DNA of 64,000 nucleotides from NCBI GenBank assembly GCA_003164595.1, contig PLTT01000013.1, positions 4,481-68,480 on the forward strand. The letters run 5' to 3'. Within the stretch, counting starts at the first letter, position 1. Each line of letters opens with the position of its first letter. The position numbers and the translations under genes were made by a program. The notes below the pieces were generated by a model, which saw nothing but the letters and a program-made list of their open reading frames with translations, searched no databases and was not told the DNA's origin. Of this stretch, positions 31,868-39,999 are shown one piece after another. This DNA is from Candidatus Saccharimonadota bacterium (GTDB lineage: Bacteria; Patescibacteriota; Saccharimonadia; Saccharimonadales; UBA4665).

Positions 31868-33103
31868 GTGAGTTTTGGCAAATTCAGATATCGTAGCGTC
31901 ACTGCAGTTGTAATTATGGTAATGCTACTAGTTTTAGCAGGACCAAATTTTCTTTCTTCGTTTAAGGTACACGCCGTAGATGGTCAGATTACCTCACGTT
32001 CCATTCAGATGGGGGATGATAGCTCTAACACTAGCGGCGGTACAACTAAATACCAGGTGACTTTCAAGCCATATACTTCCGCAACCATTTACGGTGTAAT
32101 TGTCGATTTCTGTAACACTGACCCAATTCCTGGCGATGTTTGTACCGCTCCAACAGGCTTTAGTGACTACGTTACTACTGCCTCAGCTTCAAACGTTAGC
32201 GGGCTATCGGGGACTTGGGTGGCCGCACAAGCTAATTCTGGTCGAACTTTTGAGTACACCAACGCGAGCGGTCAGTCTATGCCGACCTCTACTGCTGTCT
32301 CGTTTGCGATTAACAATGTTACTAACCCAACTGTTGTCGGTACTTTCTATGCACGTATTTTTACATTCAACTCTAACTCTGGGGCCGGTAGCGCCACGCA
32401 GTGGCTTACGACGGCTAATGGTACTGATATTACCAATGATTTTGATTACGGTGGAATTGCCTTGTCAGTTGCTGCTACGATTAACGTCACTTCAAAGGTT
32501 CAGGAACAAATTACTTTCTGTGTCTATATTAGTTCCTGTGGCACCGCCGCTACCGTTAACCTGGGTGACTCTCACGATGTCCTATCTACCACGGCACCCG
32601 CTGTGGCCTCTGGTGCGACCTATGGAGTCTTCTATAGTCTTAGCACTAACGCGTCCAATGGTGCAGTGGTTTATTTGAAAGGTGCTACATTGACCTCTGG
32701 AGCTAATACCATCCCTGCAGCGGGCGCAACACCCTATTTATATAGTGGTACTAATAACGATTTCTTTGGGCTTTGTTCGTACAACTCGGCCGTTACCGTT
32801 GGATCAGCTCCAACGATTCCCTCATCGGAATATCAAGGAACGTCTAATGGTGGCACCTGTTCAGGATTAGCTACACTATCTGACGTTAATACAACCCAGA
32901 CGACGGCAGCTCTTGGGGCGACCTATGCGACCTTTGGCTTTAACAGCACCAACACAACATCTACCTATGGTGATGAGCTAGCCGCTATCACTGCTCCTGG
33001 CGCGTCAGTTAATGCTGTCGTGTTGGCAGCCGGCGTAAGCGTAACCCAAGCTTCTGGTGTTTATACGACAACATTACAACTAATTGCCACAGGCACCTAT
33101 TAA
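31868..33103 (+). CDS. Secreted two-domain surface protein, tandem family member 2
   Basis: GTG start 8 nt after AAGGAGA (the track ORF begins at the TTG at 31841). Signal peptide ..KVHA then VDGQITSRSIQMGDD. Carries all family motifs and ends GVYTTTLQLIATGTY. Confidence 0.8.
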   Translation: MSFGKFRYRSVTAVVIMVMLLVLAGPNFLSSFKVHAVDGQITSRSIQMGDDSSNTSGGTTKYQVTFKPYTSATIYGVIVDFCNTDPIPGDVCTAPTGFSDYVTTASASNVSGLSGTWVAAQANSGRTFEYTNASGQSMPTSTAVSFAINNVTNPTVVGTFYARIFTFNSNSGAGSATQWLTTANGTDITNDFDYGGIALSVAATINVTSKVQEQITFCVYISSCGTAATVNLGDSHDVLSTTAPAVASGATYGVFYSLSTNASNGAVVYLKGATLTSGANTIPAAGATPYLYSGTNNDFFGLCSYNSAVTVGSAPTIPSSEYQGTSNGGTCSGLATLSDVNTTQTTAALGATYATFGFNSTNTTSTYGDELAAITAPGASVNAVVLAAGVSVTQASGVYTTTLQLIATGTY

Positions 33104-33116
33104 GCGAATAATAAAA

Positions 33117-34328
33117 ATGAACACTAGACTATTTACCCAACGAATTACCCCAGCTTACGTAGTTTTCGTAATGCTACTCATGCTAACAGTACCAGTTATC
33201 TTCAGCGTCGCTAACGTACATGCAGCCGGTGGACAGGTAACAAACCGAACGCTCCAAATGGGTGACGATACTATTAACACTAGTGGCGGAACGACTAATT
33301 ATCTAGTATCTTTTAATCCGTTTTCCACCAAAACAATTTATGGTATTATTGTTGATTTTTGTAACACTGACCCAATCCCTGGCGATGTTTGTACTGCTCC
33401 AACTGGTTTTGGAGTAGGGGCCACACCAACATTTACTGCCGTAAGTGGTGTTAGCAGTAGTTGGGTAGCTGCCTCGGCCAATTCCCAGCGTACGTTTGAA
33501 CTAACCTATGCCACCGGCGCCGCTCTATCGTCCTTAACCCCAGTATCATTCTCCATTAACACTGTAACCAACCCGACTGTTGTTGGTACATTTTATGCCC
33601 GTATATTTACTTTCTCCGCTTACAGCGGCGCTGGCAGTGCAGCAGCCTGGCTAACAGCCGGTAGTACAGGTCAAGATATAACAGATAATTGGGACTACGG
33701 CGGTATTGCTCTGTCAACTGCCCAAACGGTTATTGTCACTTCCAAGGTACAGGAACAATTAACCTTTTGTGTATATATAACGATCTGCGGAACCCAGGCA
33801 ATTATTAATCTGGGTGATGCCCACGATGTACTGTCGACCACAGCTCCCTTTGTTGATAATACAACTACATATTTTCTTAGCACGAATGCCTCTCATGGAG
33901 CAGTCGTATATTTGAAAGGCGCCACTCTGACTTCCGGGACCAACACGATTCCTGCAGCTGGGGCAACACCCTTTTTGTACGGAACGCCTTCTACGAATAT
34001 AGATTTCTTCGGTATCTGCAGTTATAACACGTCTGGTATAGTGCCGACTGTTGCAACGGATTACCTAGGGACATCTAACAGTGGTAGTTGTGCAAGCACA
34101 GTAACCGATACCGGCGCAACGGCAGTTGTAACTTCCCTTGGTACTCCATATGCCACCTTTGGCTTTAATAGCACCAACACAACATCTACCTATGGTGACC
34201 TTTTGGCAACACTGGCCGTACCGGGTATTACTACTAATCAACTTGCTCTGGCAGCTGGCGTTAATTTAACTCAGCCATCGGGTATCTATACCACTACTTT
34301 ACAACTTATCGCAACCGGTAGTTATTAA
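33117..34328 (+). CDS. Secreted two-domain surface protein, tandem family member 3
   Basis: ATG at 33117 (MNTRLFTQRITPAYVV..) avoids overlap with member 2. Signal peptide ..NVHA then AGGQVTNRTLQMGDD. Ends GIYTTTLQLIATGSY. Confidence 0.8.
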   Translation: MNTRLFTQRITPAYVVFVMLLMLTVPVIFSVANVHAAGGQVTNRTLQMGDDTINTSGGTTNYLVSFNPFSTKTIYGIIVDFCNTDPIPGDVCTAPTGFGVGATPTFTAVSGVSSSWVAASANSQRTFELTYATGAALSSLTPVSFSINTVTNPTVVGTFYARIFTFSAYSGAGSAAAWLTAGSTGQDITDNWDYGGIALSTAQTVIVTSKVQEQLTFCVYITICGTQAIINLGDAHDVLSTTAPFVDNTTTYFLSTNASHGAVVYLKGATLTSGTNTIPAAGATPFLYGTPSTNIDFFGICSYNTSGIVPTVATDYLGTSNSGSCASTVTDTGATAVVTSLGTPYATFGFNSTNTTSTYGDLLATLAVPGITTNQLALAAGVNLTQPSGIYTTTLQLIATGSY

Positions 34329-34352
34329 ATCCCTAGCTTCTCTTAAAAGTAG

Positions 34353-34381
34353 TTGCATATGCGTAAGCATTACGCTATAAA
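34353..34381 (+). promoter_or_regulatory. Sigma70-like promoter, copy 2 of a duplicated promoter-leader
   Basis: TTGCAT (34353-34358), a 17-nt spacer ATGCGTAAGCATTACGC, then TATAAA (34376-34381). GGGGAGAACAAACA and a TTG start at 34412 follow. Confidence 0.55.
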
Positions 34382-34411
34382 CTATAGGTATATATTAGGG
34401 GAGAACAAACA

Positions 34412-35617
34412 TTGAGTTTTGGCTCATTCACAGGACGCATTATTCCGGCATACATGGCATTTCTAGTGTTATTCATGCTACTTATACCGGCTCTTCTATT
34501 GACAGATAGGGTTACTGCTGCCGGTGGACAGGTACAATCCCGCTCTATCCAAATGGGTGACGACACGATTACCACTAGCGGTGGTACGACCAAATATCTT
34601 GTAACCTTTAATCCGGCATCAACTAAAACTATTTATGGGGTTATAGTGGATTTCTGTAACACTGACCCTATCCCGGGTGATGTGTGTACCGCACCAACTG
34701 GCTTTAGCGTCGGCTCTGGATCATATACGGCCGTTAGTGGTGTTTCGTCGAGTTGGACTGGTACCAGCACTAACAGTGGCCGTACATTTGAGTTAACCTA
34801 TGCCACTGGGTCTGCTTGGACGTCAGCGACTACCGTTTCCTTCTCGATTAACGGTGTCACTAACCCTACGGTAGTAGATACTTTCTATGCCAGAATATTA
34901 ACTTTCTCGGCAACCAGCGGCGCTGGTAGTGCCACGCAGTGGCTTACAACGACTAATGGTAGCGACAATACCAATGATTGGGACTATGGCGGTATAGCTC
35001 TTTCGACAATACAAACAATTATCGTCACTACTAAGGTTCAGGAACAACTTACTTTCTGCGTATATATTACGTCCTGCGGTACCCAGGCATCGATAAATCT
35101 CGGTGATGCCCATGACGTGCTATCGACTACGGCACCTGCTGTTGATAACACCACTACTTATAGCATTGTTACCAATGCGTCGCATGGGGCAGTCGTTTAT
35201 TTGAAAGGCTCTACCTTAACATCTGGCTCTAATACCATCCCAGCAGCGGGCGCAACAGCCTTTTTGTACGGGACACCCTCGACAAATATAGATTTCTTTG
35301 GCGTTTGTAGTTATAACACCTCTGGTGAGGTGCCGACTGTGGCAACTTCATATCTAGGCACTTCGAACGGCGGTACTTGTGCTGGTACTGTCACTGACAC
35401 CGGGATAACAGCAGCACTAAGCTCCCTAGGTTCTCCATATGCCACTTTTGGCTTTAATAGCACCAACACAACATCTACCTATGGCGACCTTCTGGCAACT
35501 CTGGCTACAGCAGGGGCAAGCGTGAATCAAATTGCTCTGGCCGCAGGGGCAAACCTAACTCAACCGTCGGGTATTTATTCAACCACCTTACAGCTTATCT
35601 GTACCGGCACGTACTAG
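34412..35617 (+). CDS. Secreted two-domain surface protein, tandem family member 4
   Basis: TTG start. Signal peptide ..RVTA then AGGQVQSRSIQMGDD. Carries the family motifs and ends GIYSTTLQLICTGTY. Confidence 0.8.
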   Translation: MSFGSFTGRIIPAYMAFLVLFMLLIPALLLTDRVTAAGGQVQSRSIQMGDDTITTSGGTTKYLVTFNPASTKTIYGVIVDFCNTDPIPGDVCTAPTGFSVGSGSYTAVSGVSSSWTGTSTNSGRTFELTYATGSAWTSATTVSFSINGVTNPTVVDTFYARILTFSATSGAGSATQWLTTTNGSDNTNDWDYGGIALSTIQTIIVTTKVQEQLTFCVYITSCGTQASINLGDAHDVLSTTAPAVDNTTTYSIVTNASHGAVVYLKGSTLTSGSNTIPAAGATAFLYGTPSTNIDFFGVCSYNTSGEVPTVATSYLGTSNGGTCAGTVTDTGITAALSSLGSPYATFGFNSTNTTSTYGDLLATLATAGASVNQIALAAGANLTQPSGIYSTTLQLICTGTY

Positions 35618-35701
35618 CCGTAGTAATTAATACATTATATAACTTGCAATTATTTGCTATTAGGTATAAATTCTAGTTAGGAACTATAAAAACAAAAATA
35701 A

Positions 35702-36895
35702 ATGAAAATGACCTTTAATCGGATTACTCCAGCCTACGTGGTTATAGTACTACTAACTGTTCTGCTCGCCCCAACATTTCTATTAACAGGGGGAAAAGTT
35801 CATGCTAGTCCTGGTCAAATTCAGTTCCGCTCTATTCAGATGAGTGATGACACTGTTAATACCAGTGGCTCAACAGCTAACTATAATGTTCAGTTTAATA
35901 CTGCTACTGCCGGAGCTATCGGAGCGATTGTTGTTGATTTTTGTAATACCGACCCAATACCAGGCGATACGTGCGTAGCCCCAGTAGGTTTTACCCTAAC
36001 TGGTGCTAGCTATATTTCAGGGACAAATACCTCTGGTTATACGGTTAACACCGCTAACTCTGGAAGGACTTTTGAGATATCCAATGCCGGTGCCTCTAGC
36101 TTACCATCAGCCACTACAGTCTCATTCGCTATTACAGGGGTTACTAACCCTACTGTTGTCGGGACATTCTATGCTCGTATATTCACTTTTGCATTGCCTG
36201 GTGATGCAGCTACCTGGATAGCCGCCGCAGCAGACGGTAGCACGACAACAGGTTATGTCGACTACGGTGGCATAGCCCTTTCAACAGTACAAACAATCCT
36301 AGTAACTTCTAAAATACAGGAACAGATTAGCTTCTGTGTTTATATAGTTACTTGTGGAACTCAAGCCGCCATTAACTTAGGTGACTCGCATGATGTATTA
36401 TCAATATCTGCACCTTTTGCGGATAACACGACTACTTATTACCTTAGTACTAATGCTTCTCATGGCGCCGTAATCAACCTAAAAGGCAATACTCTTCAAT
36501 CCGGCACTAATAGCATCCCTGCTGCAGGAACGACACCCTACCTTTATGGTACCCCTTCGACCAATATTAACTTCTTTGGAATGTGTAGTTATACTACCTC
36601 GGGCGAAGTACTAACAGTTGCTACGGACTATGTGGGCAACTCTAACGGCGGTAGCTGTGCTAGCGTCGTAACCGATACTGGTGGGACGGCAGTTATAACT
36701 TCCCTTGGAACACCATATGCCACCTTTGGCTTTAACGCTACGGCTACAACTTCCACGTACGGCGACCTACTAGCTACTATGCCCGTAGCTGGTGCTACTA
36801 TTGGCCAGGTTGTTCTGGCCGCTGGGGTAAACGTAACTCAGCCATCTGGCATCTATACCACTACCCTACAATTGATAGCAATTGGTACTTACTGA
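35702..36895 (+). CDS. Secreted two-domain surface protein, tandem family member 5
   Basis: Signal peptide ..KVHA then SPGQIQFRSIQMSDD. Contains VVDFCNTDPIPGDTCVAPVGF and IQEQISFCVYIVTCGT. Ends GIYTTTLQLIAIGTY. Confidence 0.8.
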   Translation: MKMTFNRITPAYVVIVLLTVLLAPTFLLTGGKVHASPGQIQFRSIQMSDDTVNTSGSTANYNVQFNTATAGAIGAIVVDFCNTDPIPGDTCVAPVGFTLTGASYISGTNTSGYTVNTANSGRTFEISNAGASSLPSATTVSFAITGVTNPTVVGTFYARIFTFALPGDAATWIAAAADGSTTTGYVDYGGIALSTVQTILVTSKIQEQISFCVYIVTCGTQAAINLGDSHDVLSISAPFADNTTTYYLSTNASHGAVINLKGNTLQSGTNSIPAAGTTPYLYGTPSTNINFFGMCSYTTSGEVLTVATDYVGNSNGGSCASVVTDTGGTAVITSLGTPYATFGFNATATTSTYGDLLATMPVAGATIGQVVLAAGVNVTQPSGIYTTTLQLIAIGTY

Positions 36896-36912
36896 GGATC
36901 TAGCTAATTGCT

Positions 36913-37983
36913 ATGGCGAGAAAATACCGGCTAACAACCTATTTGTTCTGCTCCGTAGTTATATTCATAGCTTGCCTGGCGAATTTTGCCGCCGCTGATA
37001 CTAATACGCAAGTTCAAGACCGTTTTGACCAAATGGCCGATTCCTCGGCCTCGACCACCACAACCCACGACCTTGGTTTTACCTTATCTAACAACACTAG
37101 CCCCTTAGGATCTATAGAATTTCAATTTTGTTCAAATGATCCTTTGGCCGGAGAACCATGCACTGCGCCGACAGGCTTTTCAATGAGTGGCGGCATTTTA
37201 AGTAGTCAATCTGGCAACATTGGCTTTAGTATCTCACCGCTAACCTCGGCTAACGACTTAATACTCACCAGCAATTCGGCAATAACTACGCCAAGTTTAT
37301 CTCCAAATCTATATGTTATATCTAACGTAGTCAATCCGGCCGATGTCGGGACGTTTTACGTTCGTATTTATACCTATTCGTCGCTTGACGCTAGTGGTAC
37401 TCCTACTGAAACCGGTGGAGTGGCCTTGTCTACTACGACCGGATTTACTATAAGCAGTGTCGTTCCGCCATTTCTGGAATTTTGTGTCGGCGTCGTAATC
37501 TATAACAGTGACTGTTCAACAATTGATACATATATCGTAAACATGGGTGATTTCACTACCAATCAAACTTCAGCGGCAACTTCACAGTTTCTGGCCGCAA
37601 CCAATGCCACTGGCGGCTACAGTGTGAGTATGACTGGGACAACCCTAACTTCGGGCAACAATGTAGTTGCTTCGCTATCAACACCAAGCCCATCGATAAT
37701 TGGCCAAGACCAGTTCGGGTTAAACCTACGCGCTGACAATATTCCCAACGTTGGCAGTGACCCAGCGGGGCAAATATATCCTCTAAATCCTAGCCCCGTA
37801 ATAAGTAGCGATTACGACAATATCAACCGCTATACTTTTAATGACAATGCGAATTTAGTGTCAATCCCAAGACCTTCACTCCCGGTAACATACACGACTA
37901 GTTATATAACAAATATTGATCAGAATCAGCCCGTTGGAGTCTATACTACGACCATTACCTATATTTGCTTGGCTAACTTCTGA
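36913..37983 (+). CDS. Secreted surface protein, divergent tandem family member 6
   Basis: Signal peptide ..FAAA then DTNTQVQDRFDQMADSS. Contains EFQFCSNDPLAGEPCTAPTGF, VVNPADVGTFYVRIYTY, GGVALS, FLEFCVGV and DQFGLNLRADN. Ends GVYTTTITYICLANF. Confidence 0.75.
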   Translation: MARKYRLTTYLFCSVVIFIACLANFAAADTNTQVQDRFDQMADSSASTTTTHDLGFTLSNNTSPLGSIEFQFCSNDPLAGEPCTAPTGFSMSGGILSSQSGNIGFSISPLTSANDLILTSNSAITTPSLSPNLYVISNVVNPADVGTFYVRIYTYSSLDASGTPTETGGVALSTTTGFTISSVVPPFLEFCVGVVIYNSDCSTIDTYIVNMGDFTTNQTSAATSQFLAATNATGGYSVSMTGTTLTSGNNVVASLSTPSPSIIGQDQFGLNLRADNIPNVGSDPAGQIYPLNPSPVISSDYDNINRYTFNDNANLVSIPRPSLPVTYTTSYITNIDQNQPVGVYTTTITYICLANF

Positions 37984-38027
37984 TGTGTATGTTATTATTG
38001 ATTTGAATTAAGAGGTGTATTAAATCT

Positions 38028-38987
38028 ATGAGATCAAAAGTTACTTTAATAGTATTTTCAGTCATCGCTAGTTTGACATTATTCATCGCTCCTTACGCAT
38101 CAGCAGCCCCACAAGCAACTGGCTACACAATATCTCCGGTTGAGACAGAAATTACCGTCAATAAGGGTACTTCTCAAACTGTCGAGTTGTCTGTTCAAAA
38201 CCCAGCTAACACCGCAGTTGAGATTAAAGCTATTGTTAATGATTTTGTTGCAAGTAGTAACGAATCCGGTAACCCTTCTCTAATACTCAATAGCAATTCA
38301 CCAACTCCGGCCAATAATTTCGTATCATTAGTATCACCTATTCCTAACATAAATCTAGGTCCACTTGCTAAGGTATATTTCCCGGTGACTATTACTGTTC
38401 CAGTAAATGCTAATTCTGGTGGATACTATGGAGCGGTTCGCTTCTTACCAGAAAGCATAAATCAAACTGGAAATGTTGGTTTAACCGCTAGTGCTGGATC
38501 GATTTTTCTTATTACCGTTCCTGGCAATTTAGTTGAGAGGTTAAGTCTAACCCAACTATCGGCCGCCGATAGCAGTGGTAATGCCACTACTTTTCTAACA
38601 TCGGGCCCAGTATCAGTTCTTACTCGACTTGATAATACTGGCGATATCCACGTCCAACCCTTTGGTAATATTCTTATCAAGAATATGTTTGGCCATATCG
38701 TTAAGTCATATCAATTCAACAACGTTACACCCAGAGCAAACATTCTACCAGATAGCATCCGTAAGTTTATTAACCCACTAACTGGAGTTAGTTGGTTTGG
38801 AAAATATACGATAGTAGAAACCGTTGCCTATCAGCAGGGAACTGGGAATTACATAACCTCTTCTGCTACCTTCTACTACTTTCCCGTTTGGTTTTTAATC
38901 ATCGTCGTAGCTCTCGTGGTCTTACTGGCAGTCGGTATTTACTGGCTAGGCTACCGACGACGCGCTTCAGCTCCTAAACGAAAATAG
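38028..38987 (+). CDS. Membrane-anchored two-domain Ig/beta-sandwich protein (DUF916/DUF3324-like, CscA-like architecture)
   Basis: Signal peptide ..ASA then APQATGYTISPVETEITVNKGTSQTVELSVQN, followed by GGYYGAVRF. A second beta domain follows (RLDNTGDIHVQPFGNILIKNMFG), then a C-terminal TM and a basic tail YRRRASAPKRK. RBS AAGAGG. Confidence 0.7.
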   Translation: MRSKVTLIVFSVIASLTLFIAPYASAAPQATGYTISPVETEITVNKGTSQTVELSVQNPANTAVEIKAIVNDFVASSNESGNPSLILNSNSPTPANNFVSLVSPIPNINLGPLAKVYFPVTITVPVNANSGGYYGAVRFLPESINQTGNVGLTASAGSIFLITVPGNLVERLSLTQLSAADSSGNATTFLTSGPVSVLTRLDNTGDIHVQPFGNILIKNMFGHIVKSYQFNNVTPRANILPDSIRKFINPLTGVSWFGKYTIVETVAYQQGTGNYITSSATFYYFPVWFLIIVVALVVLLAVGIYWLGYRRRASAPKRK

Positions 38988-39044
38988 ACATTCTCTTTCT
39001 ATAACGCTTGCGCTATTATTAGACAGAGTGCTAAAGAAGCGTCT

Positions 39045-39959
39045 ATGAAGATATTTCAAACAAACAATAAGCCATTTCTCCGTATTCTAATAGTCATTAG
39101 TTGTTTGTTTATATTCGCCAGTAATGTACCTGTCGTTCATGCCGTAGTTAACCCGCAAAACGGTGCCGTTGGGCTAGAGGGTACAATTAACGGGCCACCA
39201 CCATCTAAGGCAGCTTCTATAGCAACGCCCGGTAATGGTCAGAGTTTTACGACACTACCTATTACCGTGTCTGGTACATGCCCCAACGGCCTATTAATTA
39301 AAGTCTATGATAACAATATATTTGCCGGCTCCGCAGAGTGCAGCAACGGTAGCTACGAGCTAAAGATAAGTTTGTTCGAAGGCGCTAATAGTCTAGTGAG
39401 TATTGACTATGATGCCCTCAATCAAGCCGGGCCTAATTCTAACACCGTTAACATTAATTACACCAGTGCCCAATTCACAAGCTTTGGGACACAGATGACC
39501 ATAAGTAGTAATTATTCCCAGCTAGGCGCGAATCCTACTCAACAGTTATCCTGGCCGATTACTATCAATGGCGGTACCGGCCCCTATGCGCTCAGCATTG
39601 ACTGGGGTGATGGAACTCCCTCTGTCCTTATGAGCGTAACCACTGCCGGTTTGCAGACCGTGACACATACCTATCAACTAGCTGGTACTTATACGGTTAC
39701 GATTCAAGGCACAGATAAAAATGGCCAACCAGCATTCTTGCAGATTGTTGCTGTTATTGCAGGCCCAGTTCAGCGTTTAGCTAGTAGTACCTCGAGTTCT
39801 ACAACATCTAAGACTGAGGTTGTTACTATATCAATTTGGGCCAAAATCGCCATGATTTGCTTGATAATATTAATTATCGTTGCTTTTTGGATCGGACGCC
39901 GTTACGAACTGCTTGCTATTATAAGAAAAGTTGAGAAGAGTGATAGATCTAACCCTTAG
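39045..39959 (+). CDS. Membrane-anchored surface protein with Ig-like and PKD-like domains
   Basis: Signal peptide ..VVHA then VVNP. Ig-like segment (LPITVSGTCPNGLLIKVYDNN..GSYELKISL). PKD-like signature IDWGDGT...VTHTYQLAGTYTVTIQGTDKNGQ (about nt 39537-39749). Ser/Thr linker, C-terminal TM and a charged tail. Confidence 0.7.
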   Translation: MKIFQTNNKPFLRILIVISCLFIFASNVPVVHAVVNPQNGAVGLEGTINGPPPSKAASIATPGNGQSFTTLPITVSGTCPNGLLIKVYDNNIFAGSAECSNGSYELKISLFEGANSLVSIDYDALNQAGPNSNTVNINYTSAQFTSFGTQMTISSNYSQLGANPTQQLSWPITINGGTGPYALSIDWGDGTPSVLMSVTTAGLQTVTHTYQLAGTYTVTIQGTDKNGQPAFLQIVAVIAGPVQRLASSTSSSTTSKTEVVTISIWAKIAMICLIILIIVAFWIGRRYELLAIIRKVEKSDRSNP

Positions 39960-39999
39960 GATGGACGTTAGCTTGGCGATTTGATAATATAGTCAGACT

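Noticed and set aside
32100-32678. 192-aa alternative-frame ORF inside paralog 2, with similar short ORFs at 30820, 31449, 33695(-), 34898(-) and 36003
   Set aside because: These are off-frame or antisense read-throughs of the codon-biased (ACN/GCN/GGN-rich) paralog genes. The annotated frames are supported by conservation across the paralogs.
35644-35671. Possible promoter TTGCAA ... TATAAA(T) upstream of paralog 5
   Set aside because: The spacer is only 15-16 nt and the sequence does not share the conserved ATGCGTAAGCAT-containing unit seen before members 2 and 4. It is too weak to call.
30527-37983. Whether the paralog array is an assembly artefact, or a mobile-element or CRISPR-like repeat
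   Set aside because: The copies are clearly diverged, with different lengths, different intergenic regions and many substitutions. Each keeps an intact frame. There are no transposase genes or terminal repeats, and no short regular spacer-repeat periodicity.
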